A DNA stretch of 64,000 bases, taken from assembly GCA_016930485.1 (NCBI GenBank), contig JAFGGP010000013.1, positions 25,157-89,156 on the forward strand, written 5' to 3'. Under the pieces are notes generated by a model. It saw nothing but the letters and a program-made list of their open reading frames with translations. It ran no database searches and was not told where the DNA came from. The stretch is from Candidatus Omnitrophota bacterium (GTDB taxonomy: Bacteria > Omnitrophota > Gorgyraeia > JAFGGP01). Below are positions 41,782 through 49,794 of the stretch, one piece after another (the first letter of the stretch is position 1; each line of letters opens with the position of its first letter). The position numbers and the translations under genes are program-made.

Positions 41782-42739
41782 TGGTACACAAGGAAAGGGT
41801 AGCTGGTTACGCATGGATCCGGTACAGTTTAGCATTATAGTGCCTTTTTATAACAAAGAAAAAACCCTCGCGACATGCATTGAATCTCTCATTAACCAGA
41901 GTTATCCAAGAGAGGGCTATGAAATTATCCTTATCGATAACGATTCTACCGACAACTCTCCCAGGATAGCGAGACAATATCCATCTGTAAGATTGTTACA
42001 GGAGAAAAAGAGGGGCGCCTATGCAGCCCGGAACGCCGGCATTCTGGCTGCACATGGCGTATTTCTTGTCTTTACAGATGCAGATGTAGAGGTACCACGC
42101 GATTGGTTGGCCAATATTTCAAACGCATTGATTGGCGATAAGTGCGATATTCTCTTAGGCTGGGAGATGCCAGACTGCAGCAGCGCAATGTTGCAGATGC
42201 ATAGGACTTTTGTAAAAGAGAGAATACAATATACCTTGCAGCATAAACAGTTTTCCAATTTGGTAGCAGCGACGTCAAACGCAACGATCAAAAAAGAGAT
42301 ATTTGGACAAGTAGGTCTATTCAGAGAAGTGCCCCGTTCCGAAGATATTGATTTTGTGATGCGATGTGCAAAACAAGGCTATCGAATCGCATTTTCCGAC
42401 GCTATCACAGTAACAAAACATGATATAGACTGTGTCTATGTTATGTTCTTGAAGTTACTTAACTACGGATGCGCTAAATCTCTGTATATTAATGAAAAAT
42501 TTCCCATCGGAACTAAGCTGTTGTCCGCGTTCCATGCCTTGAAATTTACCGTTGTCTTTTTGGTGCGGCGCTTCCCCAAAAGTTTTTTAATAGCCCCATG
42601 CCATATTTTTTACTTCACCGGCTATTGTCTTGGCAAATCAGGCATTCTCGGCAAGGAAAAAATAAGCAATCTAGTAGCACGGATTGATTCTGCAATCAAA
42701 AAACAGGAGCTTCGAACAGGTAAACGAAGGAGTTTTTGA
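41768..42739 (+). CDS. GT2-family glycosyltransferase
   Basis: Motifs include FSIIVPFYNKEKTLATCIESLINQSY, IILIDNDSTDNS and FTDADV. An alternative start is ATG 41813. Confidence 0.8.
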   Translation: MHQSNGTQGKGSWLRMDPVQFSIIVPFYNKEKTLATCIESLINQSYPREGYEIILIDNDSTDNSPRIARQYPSVRLLQEKKRGAYAARNAGILAAHGVFLVFTDADVEVPRDWLANISNALIGDKCDILLGWEMPDCSSAMLQMHRTFVKERIQYTLQHKQFSNLVAATSNATIKKEIFGQVGLFREVPRSEDIDFVMRCAKQGYRIAFSDAITVTKHDIDCVYVMFLKLLNYGCAKSLYINEKFPIGTKLLSAFHALKFTVVFLVRRFPKSFLIAPCHIFYFTGYCLGKSGILGKEKISNLVARIDSAIKKQELRTGKRRSF

Positions 42740-42922
42740 AGACTCGCTTGTATTGGCCGTGACATGCTGTCTATGTCGGCAGCAGAAATGCCTGTCTTAC
42801 TCACAATCTGCCGAAGTGTTTTATAAAAAGTATCATTTTTGACGCAGGATGCTATTTCAGTGAATTACCGGCAAAGATTATTTTTATGTGACACAATCGA
42901 AAAGCACCAGAGATAATCATTG

Positions 42923-43948
42923 ATGCAGAAGATAAGCGTTATCATTCCTACAAGACCATGCGCAACGATCTCTTATGTGAATCACATAATTGCGGGCGTC
43001 GATTATCCGCACAGTAACATTGAAATCATTCTTGGCATTGGTGAATTTCCCTCGATTCAGAGAAATCGGGCGGCACAAATAGCCAGCGGTGATATAGTGT
43101 ATTTTTTAAACAGCGACGTTAAGGTACTCCCCGATATCTTCAAAAAAGCAGTTGCTCTTTTGGATGCCGATAAAAGTCTCGCCGGTGTCGGCGGACCGGA
43201 CTTGACCCCGCCGGACAACAGCTTCTTGCAGCATCTTTTTGGGTATGCCATGGGCTCTTTCTTTGCCCACTGGAAGATGCGGGCGCGGTATTCTGTGGTA
43301 GGAAAAGAGCGGCTTTCCGATGAAAGAGAACTGCTTCTCAGCAACATGGCGATAAGAAAAGATGTTTTCTTAAGACTCAACGGGTTTAATCAGAATCTCT
43401 ACCCCAATGAGGAAAATGAATTCTTAAATCGTTTAGCAGATATGGGTTACAAAGTTATGTATAGCCCCGATCTCAGGGTATATCGGGATAGAAGAAAAAC
43501 CATTTCTGCCTTCATGAGGCAGTTTTACAGATATGGAAAAGGAAGAATGAATCAAATCAGGCTTGAGGGGATAGGGAGGAACTGGCTATTTCTTGCCCCG
43601 CCACTCGTTTTTATCTATCTGTTATCGTTACCCTTCGCAGGCTCTTTTTTCTGGTTTGTCCCGCTTAGTATCTATTTTTTTCTCGGCGTGACGGATGCGA
43701 TATGGCTTTCCTGGAGAAACAGGAAAAATCTTGTACTTCAGCTGCCTTTTATTTATTTAGTTATGCATCTCTCCTATGCAACGGGGTTTCTGGCGCGACT
43801 CATAGCGCACTGTTGCAACTTAACACCCGAACTGAGTAAGGAATGCCAGGTAAGAATACTAAAAAAGATGGGGGAGGGGATTGAGTTAGAAGAATATCCG
43901 GCCTCCGAAGATGCTGGTAGCGATAGATACCGCCGCCTCACCCAGTAA
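42923..43948 (+). CDS. GT2-family glycosyltransferase with C-terminal membrane segments
   Basis: Motifs include ISVIIPTRP and FLNSDV, with hydrophobic C-terminal helices. A 183-nt gap precedes it. Confidence 0.7.
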   Translation: MQKISVIIPTRPCATISYVNHIIAGVDYPHSNIEIILGIGEFPSIQRNRAAQIASGDIVYFLNSDVKVLPDIFKKAVALLDADKSLAGVGGPDLTPPDNSFLQHLFGYAMGSFFAHWKMRARYSVVGKERLSDERELLLSNMAIRKDVFLRLNGFNQNLYPNEENEFLNRLADMGYKVMYSPDLRVYRDRRKTISAFMRQFYRYGKGRMNQIRLEGIGRNWLFLAPPLVFIYLLSLPFAGSFFWFVPLSIYFFLGVTDAIWLSWRNRKNLVLQLPFIYLVMHLSYATGFLARLIAHCCNLTPELSKECQVRILKKMGEGIELEEYPASEDAGSDRYRRLTQ

Positions 43949-43954
43949 CATCTT

Positions 43955-44872
43955 ATGATGGACGTTATCATCATTTCATGGAATTCGCGGGAGAAGTTAA
44001 GACGTCTCCTTATAAGTCTCCACGATCAATATCAGGCGGAGGATCGTTTGATCATTATTGATAACGGTTCTACTGACGGGACAACCGATATGATAAAGGA
44101 GGTTGCCCCTGGCGCTTTCTTAATACGCAACCATGAAAACCTCGGATTTTGCAAGGCGGTCAATCAAGGCATACATGCTTCCGTGGACGAGTATATCCTG
44201 ATTTTAAATAGCGACATAGTGGCGTATAGAGATTTTATCGCCAGGGTCAAGGAAGGTGTAAAACAATACAGCAAAGAAAGGGTTGGGATGTTTGGGGTCA
44301 AGATGCTGCAGGCGCATTCAAACCTTATTGACTCAACAGGACTTACGCTTTCTTGGGCCTATCGTTTTTTCGACCGAGGCTTCGGTGAAACGGATAATGG
44401 CCAATACGATGATAAAAAAGAGATTTTTGGACCCTGTGGCGGATGTGCGGTTTACCAACGGGTCATGCTGGAGGATATAAGGGAGGGCGATGAGTATTTT
44501 GATGAGGATTTTTTCTTTCTTGGCGAGGACTTCGATGTTGCGTGGCGGGCCCGGCATAAGGGTTGGACGGCGCGGTATATCCCTGAGGCAATCTGTTGGC
44601 ATGAACGAGGTGGCAGCTTCGACCAAAAATACCGGCAGTATCTTTCATTTCGGAACCGCTACTTTTTACTGCTAAAGAACGCATCACCCCGGGCCAGTCT
44701 GCCCGCAATCTTCCTATTGTATGATTTCCCCCGGCTGTTTTATCTGTTGTGCACAAACCGGTATACACCGAAGGCCCTTTTAGAGCTTAAGGCACAATCA
44801 GGAAAGATGCTTGCAAAGAGAAAAAGATTGCTCGGCAGTACCGAACCGCTTGCGCACCACCATCCTTTTTAG
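43955..44872 (+). CDS. GT2-family glycosyltransferase (rhamnosyltransferase-like)
   Basis: Motifs include VIIISWNSREKL, IIIDNGSTDGT, ILNSDIV and FGPCGGCAVYQR...FFFLGEDFDVAWRARHKGW. It is a paralog of 48384..49331. Confidence 0.8.
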   Translation: MMDVIIISWNSREKLRRLLISLHDQYQAEDRLIIIDNGSTDGTTDMIKEVAPGAFLIRNHENLGFCKAVNQGIHASVDEYILILNSDIVAYRDFIARVKEGVKQYSKERVGMFGVKMLQAHSNLIDSTGLTLSWAYRFFDRGFGETDNGQYDDKKEIFGPCGGCAVYQRVMLEDIREGDEYFDEDFFFLGEDFDVAWRARHKGWTARYIPEAICWHERGGSFDQKYRQYLSFRNRYFLLLKNASPRASLPAIFLLYDFPRLFYLLCTNRYTPKALLELKAQSGKMLAKRKRLLGSTEPLAHHHPF

Positions 44873-44898
44873 TCTGCTAACGTCGATAGGTGGGAGTG

Positions 44899-46512
44899 CT
44901 ACTGGATAGCTGTTTCCGGATAGCGGGAAAAACCCCCGCCGGTCAACGAGTCAAGATAGCCGGTGACCTCTTCGATCTGTATGCGGATGTCTTCATCCGA
45001 GACACCCTCTTCTATGACGCCATGCCGCAGACGATGCTGAAGCCGTTTACGTTCAAAATAGAGATGGGTTGCGCGATTAAGGATTTCTTCTCTCAGGTCG
45101 GCGAGTGTCTTTGCCCTGAGCTCTATGGTGAGGATATCGTCATTCCAGAGAAGTTTTGAAAGATCCCACCCCAGAGAGACGCTCCATTCAGCGTTCTTTT
45201 CTTTCGGCCCTACTATGTACACATCCGGGTCGCTGGTGCCGCCCCGGTCCAGATCGATATTCATCGTAGAGTCATAGTCATACCCCAGCGACAGTTCGGG
45301 GAGAAAGGCGCACCCTACCGAGCGCCGTCTCCACTGCCTGATTTTTTCAGGTTCGAGATCGGCATACGCAATTACCATTCTATGTACTTCCTGTATGGAG
45401 GGTTCGTTGGGGTCGTGAGAGGTCTGGTTAGGGTTGGTGTGACAGGCATCAATGTTCATGGAGGCAGGCGGCCTTACAGCGGCTATGTGGTCCAACTGAA
45501 AAATGCCGCGTTCTGTCACAGCCACCAATGCAGGGCAATCGCTATTGTCGGATGCGATAGAGAGAACGTGCGACATGCTTAGGTTAAAGGCTATAGATCT
45601 CCAGATATTTTCATCGGCCATAAAAAGAAAGATACCGTTCTCGGCGAGCGCTACGAGCCGGTTGCCGACGACCATTATCTGACGGATTTTCTGTGAGTTG
45701 AGTCCTTGCACTGAAAAACGGTTCCATGAAAGACCCAAGTTGTCGGAGAAAAAAAGCGCCGCCCCATCAACATAGATGAAGTTATTGCTGTAGCTTGTGA
45801 GTCGGGGTAGGGCGGGTGCAGAAAAGAGAGGCTCATCTATCTCTGATTGCGCTTCCGCCGTCTCCGGCGAGTTAGTACCGATAAGCCTCTCTTTTCCGGA
45901 CCCGGAAATCGCAAATAATCCTTGGGTGGTTTCCAGGTAAAAACACTCGTGTTTATGCGGCGCGAGGGAGAAGGATGATATGGTACCAATATCAGAAAGG
46001 GTATATTTTTTTATCCATTGCCCAGGAAACTGTTTCGTTTCATACAGGGTGTCATACGAGGAAGCAAAAAAACGAGAATCGTTATTTGGGTCGGCCTTCA
46101 GACACGTTATCGGCGTCTCGCCCCAAGAGGGGAGATGCTCCCATATTGCCCCGGAATCCATGCTTCTAAAAAGGCCCCTGTCTGTCCCAAGGAAAATCTG
46201 GCCAGGTAAGGCGCGGAAAGAGGAAATAAAAAAAATCACCCGGGTTGCGTCGCGATCAAATAACATCTCGGCTGTCTGGCCTGTAGAGGTATCTATGCGA
46301 TAAAGATACCTTCCTCCCCAGGCAAAGATGATGTGGTCTTCGCAATGCACCCGTGTAACAACCCCGTCAAGAAAGCCACTGTCTATACGTCTCCAGCGAG
46401 GCACGTTGTCTTCTGATGCACTGGCAGGGAGTATGAGTGGGGCAACAAAAAAAAGGCTTATTATGACGATGGTGACGGATATTCTCTTCATGGAGATGCA
46501 ATGACGGGGCAC
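44899..46512 (-). CDS. secreted protein with Asp-box (BNR)-like repeats, function unknown
   Basis: It has a signal peptide (MKRISVTIVIISLFFVAPLILPASA, probable start 46491). Asp-box-like motifs are SMDSGAIWE and SDNLGLSWN. It is convergent with the + strand gene block. Confidence 0.55.
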   Translation of the reverse strand: MPRHCISMKRISVTIVIISLFFVAPLILPASASEDNVPRWRRIDSGFLDGVVTRVHCEDHIIFAWGGRYLYRIDTSTGQTAEMLFDRDATRVIFFISSFRALPGQIFLGTDRGLFRSMDSGAIWEHLPSWGETPITCLKADPNNDSRFFASSYDTLYETKQFPGQWIKKYTLSDIGTISSFSLAPHKHECFYLETTQGLFAISGSGKERLIGTNSPETAEAQSEIDEPLFSAPALPRLTSYSNNFIYVDGAALFFSDNLGLSWNRFSVQGLNSQKIRQIMVVGNRLVALAENGIFLFMADENIWRSIAFNLSMSHVLSIASDNSDCPALVAVTERGIFQLDHIAAVRPPASMNIDACHTNPNQTSHDPNEPSIQEVHRMVIAYADLEPEKIRQWRRRSVGCAFLPELSLGYDYDSTMNIDLDRGGTSDPDVYIVGPKEKNAEWSVSLGWDLSKLLWNDDILTIELRAKTLADLREEILNRATHLYFERKRLQHRLRHGVIEEGVSDEDIRIQIEEVTGYLDSLTGGGFSRYPETAIQ

Positions 46513-46588
46513 TATGTACGATACAGCATAATTGCGTAAATGTCAATAAAAATATGGGAAATATACAAAATAGATCGGGGCGGCTGTT

Positions 46589-48364
46589 CTACAGTAACCT
46601 CTTTTTTGAAAGGAGCATCTTTATCTCAGGGTGGGATGGATACAGCAGGCGGGCCCGCAGCAGGTAAGGGAGTGCCTCGTTGTCGCGGTTAAGGGCATAG
46701 AGAACTTTACTTGCCTCCAGATACGGATAATAATAAGCAGGGGCTATGCCTATTGCCTGCTGGTACAGGTCAATGGCCCTGATAGGGTCGCTTTCTTTAC
46801 TTAGTGTGGCAAGTTCGAGATAATACGATAATTCTAAGGGGTTAAGGGCAAGGGCGCACTTTTTCTTCTGTAGTGATGCAGGCGTTCCCCGCGCAGACGT
46901 CCAAAAACAATAGTCCGCCGTCGTATACATAAAGAGGTCGCAGAGAAAAACAGACGTTAACAGGGCGACCGACCAGTATAATGCTGTTTTTTTTCGGGAA
47001 GAGTGAGGCAGGGGTGCCGGAGCGCTGCGGGAGGCGATAACCCCCAGATAAATCCAGAAGAGGAAAGCGCTTTCCGGTTGATAGAAAGAAAAAGAAACCA
47101 TATTATGAATCAGAAAAAAACAGACACCCAGTGCGCAGCTTTTTTGAAGAGCTGTTATACCCCCGTCTTTCCCTCGTGAAAAAACCTTGATCGAAAAGCT
47201 AGATAGAGCCCCTATAAACACAAGGAATCCTATAAAACCGATAAGGCCTGTTTCAGCAAATGTTTGAAGGAATACATTATGGGCAAAACGGGTTTCGGTG
47301 GCCAGCGGGTTCATGTATCGGGTATAGAAAAAGCGGAAGTTGCCCGGTCCGATTCCCTTACACCAGTGATCGCGAATTATCCTCAAGGCAGTCTGCCAGT
47401 AAAATAGCCGCTGGGTAATGGAATTATCAGGGTGGCGAAGATTGAGAAAATAGTCAACCCGCGACCAGACGATGAGGGTGCCAAAAACAAATAAGGCGCC
47501 GATCGCGAGCAGGGAAAGCACCTTCATTCTCTTTCGCAGGGTTTTATATGTGATGGCGAAAATCAGCGCGCATCCGGTCAGAAGGGTCGCGACGCCCCCG
47601 ATAGAACGCGTAAGAAACAGACACAATAAAAACAAAAGAAAAGTGAGGAGGCCCAAGGCTGTCTTTCCTGCGTCAGCGGTCTTGTTGGGGGATGTCCCGG
47701 CATGAGGGGTCACTGAGGAAAGGAGATAGTATGACAGCGGTAAGAGACAAATAAGGTAGACGGCAAAGAGGTTCGGGCTAAAAAAAAGCGAAGAGATGCG
47801 ATGTCTCGATAAAAGTAGAATGGAATAATCACGCAAAGCCTGGGACATAGGCGTTTGTTGTATGTATGCGATGGCGTAGGGAAAAGAAAACAAGTATTGA
47901 CGGAGTCCGTAGACAGAGAAAATAATTCCCTGAAAAATAAGGAGGAGAAGTATGGTGTATCCCGGATCACGTATAGGCTGAGGGGGTTTCTCTACTTGTT
48001 TGGGTAGTGCCACGAAGTAGGCAGTGAGGGGAAAAAGGGCTACGCAGGAGAGGAGGCGTTCCACCTCCCTCAGTGACAGAAGAGGCGATTGCGAGAAGAT
48101 AAGTGAGAGAAACAACCCCACGAGCATTATGAGTAATGTAGCAGACAGAGAGAACGGGAGGGAAAAAAGTAAAAAAGAACGTCTCTTTTTTATTGATTGA
48201 ATTACGACAATCAGAAATAATAGTAGCGTGGAGGAGACAATAAGATCGTCGACGACAGGAAACAGACGTCTCGAGAAGAAAGGTCTCACGAATAGTATAA
48301 AGAGATAAACGTAGAACATCGGCGTATGCAGTATTACCTTATCACAAGCGCCATAAACTGTCAA
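46589..48364 (-). CDS. O-antigen ligase/polymerase-like (Wzy_C domain) membrane protein with C-terminal TPR repeats
   Basis: It is polytopic with a Wzy_C-like motif RFAHNVFLQTFAETGLIGFIGFLVF. The C-terminal region is TPR-like (AIDLYQQAIGIAPAYYYPYLEASKVLYALNRDNEALPYLLRARLLYPSHPE). The likely start is M16 at 48319. Confidence 0.75.
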   Translation of the reverse strand: MTVYGACDKVILHTPMFYVYLFILFVRPFFSRRLFPVVDDLIVSSTLLLFLIVVIQSIKKRRSFLLFSLPFSLSATLLIMLVGLFLSLIFSQSPLLSLREVERLLSCVALFPLTAYFVALPKQVEKPPQPIRDPGYTILLLLIFQGIIFSVYGLRQYLFSFPYAIAYIQQTPMSQALRDYSILLLSRHRISSLFFSPNLFAVYLICLLPLSYYLLSSVTPHAGTSPNKTADAGKTALGLLTFLLFLLCLFLTRSIGGVATLLTGCALIFAITYKTLRKRMKVLSLLAIGALFVFGTLIVWSRVDYFLNLRHPDNSITQRLFYWQTALRIIRDHWCKGIGPGNFRFFYTRYMNPLATETRFAHNVFLQTFAETGLIGFIGFLVFIGALSSFSIKVFSRGKDGGITALQKSCALGVCFFLIHNMVSFSFYQPESAFLFWIYLGVIASRSAPAPLPHSSRKKTALYWSVALLTSVFLCDLFMYTTADYCFWTSARGTPASLQKKKCALALNPLELSYYLELATLSKESDPIRAIDLYQQAIGIAPAYYYPYLEASKVLYALNRDNEALPYLLRARLLYPSHPEIKMLLSKKRLL

Positions 48365-48383
48365 TTACAGGAGAGCCCATAGC

Positions 48384-49331
48384 ATGAATCCGCTGGTCTC
48401 GGTTGTTATTGTCACGCACGACCGGAGCCGCCTACTGGAAAATTGTCTAAAAGGCGTCCAGGGACAGACCTACCCTCACATAGAGGTGATCGTCGTCGAC
48501 AACGGCTCTCACGATGAGACGTACTCGATCCTTGCTACCGTATTCAACCGAGTCATTGTCATTAAGAGCCAGGAAAACGAGCTCTATGCAAGGGCGGCAA
48601 ACAAGGGGATGCGACAGGCCCGCGGTGAGATTATTGTCTGTCTCAACAACGATGTTTCTCTCGATAGAGAATTTATAACGGAGGCGGTCTCTGCCTTTTT
48701 TCTGGATCCGCGCATCGGGATGGTTCAGGGGAAGATTCTCGCCGCTGACGGAAGACGTATAGACTCGACAGGGCTTTTTCTCTCCCGTTCTGGTTCGGCT
48801 CGCGAACGAGGGCATCGCAGGCCTGACACAACCCTCTACGAGGCCCCTGGTTTTGTCTTTGGTGTTTGTGGTGCGGTTGGCTGCTATCGGCGGTCTATGC
48901 TGGTTGATATAGAAGAAGACGGTTCCTGTTTTGACGAGGCGTACGAATTTTTTTATGAAGATCTTGACCTGTGCATCAGGGCTCAAACCCGGGGATGGAA
49001 GGCCTATTATACGCCACGGGCAGTTGCGTTTCATAAAAGAGGAGGGACCTGCCAAGCAGCGCCCCCTCTAGGCCGTGGCGAAGGACGCCGGCGATACGCC
49101 TTTATGGGTCTTCCTAACCATTTGAAAATAATGTACTTATCGAATAGATACTACATGCTGCGTAAACATTGCACGAGATGGCACATTGTACAAAACCTTC
49201 CCTGGTTGCTTATGCTTGAGCTAAGGTGGTGGCTGTATTTGCTTTTTTTTGAACCGCACCTCATCGGACCTGTTATTACGAGAGTGCGACTCTTGATAAC
49301 GGGTCTCAAAGAAAAAGGTTGCAAAACTTAA
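48384..49331 (+). CDS. GT2-family glycosyltransferase (rhamnosyltransferase-like)
   Basis: Motifs include VSVVIVTHDRSRLL, VIVVDNGSHDET, CLNNDVS and FGVCGAVGCYRR...FFYEDLDLCIRAQTRGW. Confidence 0.8.
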   Translation: MNPLVSVVIVTHDRSRLLENCLKGVQGQTYPHIEVIVVDNGSHDETYSILATVFNRVIVIKSQENELYARAANKGMRQARGEIIVCLNNDVSLDREFITEAVSAFFLDPRIGMVQGKILAADGRRIDSTGLFLSRSGSARERGHRRPDTTLYEAPGFVFGVCGAVGCYRRSMLVDIEEDGSCFDEAYEFFYEDLDLCIRAQTRGWKAYYTPRAVAFHKRGGTCQAAPPLGRGEGRRRYAFMGLPNHLKIMYLSNRYYMLRKHCTRWHIVQNLPWLLMLELRWWLYLLFFEPHLIGPVITRVRLLITGLKEKGCKT

Positions 49332-49370
49332 GATTTCCTATATAGTATGAAATTCTATGACATCGCAGAC

Positions 49371-49399
49371 TTGACTAATGCCTGCGCTATAGCTATAAT
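49371..49399 (+). promoter_or_regulatory. near-consensus sigma70 promoter TTGACT-N17-TATAAT for rpsO-pnp
   Basis: The hexamers sit at 49371-49376 and 49394-49399 with an exact 17-nt spacer. SD GAGGTG lies before ATG 49422. Confidence 0.5.
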
Positions 49400-49421
49400 A
49401 TCCTACATGAGGTGAACAACG

Positions 49422-49691
49422 ATGAGTGTACAGAAGGCCAAAAAACAAGAGTTAATCAAGGAATTCAAGGTTCACGAGAAGGATACGGGGTCGAGCGAGG
49501 TCCAAATAGCCCTGCTCACAGAGAGAATTAACAACCTTACCCAGCACTTTGACCGCCATAAGAAAGATCATCATTCCAGACAGGGGCTGCTACGTATGGT
49601 TGCTAAGCGACGGAAACTGCTTGACTATCTGAAGCGAGAGGATGAAGGGCGGTATCACGAAATTGTAACACGGTTGAATTTGAGGAAGTAA
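49422..49691 (+). CDS. rpsO: 30S ribosomal protein S15
   Basis: The 89-aa product ([46 protein letters not shown]) is typical of S15, and it lies upstream of pnp. Confidence 0.95.
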   Translation: MSVQKAKKQELIKEFKVHEKDTGSSEVQIALLTERINNLTQHFDRHKKDHHSRQGLLRMVAKRRKLLDYLKREDEGRYHEIVTRLNLRK

Positions 49692-49794
49692 CCCCTGCTG
49701 TTCGTTATCCCTGTTCATAACGTGTCGCAACCCAAGGCACATCACAGACAGATGGAAGGTGCAACTTCTTTCTGACCGGAAGGTTATGGTTTCT

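Noticed and set aside
45975-46303. Several 63-107-aa + strand ORFs lie opposite the Asp-box protein gene.
   Set aside because: They are mutually overlapping short frames antisense to a 537-aa ORF that has a signal peptide, and they have no start context.
48447-49055. A 202-aa minus-strand ORF lies opposite the GT2 gene 48384..49331.
   Set aside because: The + strand product has GT2 motifs and a paralog at 43955..44872. The antisense ORF has none.
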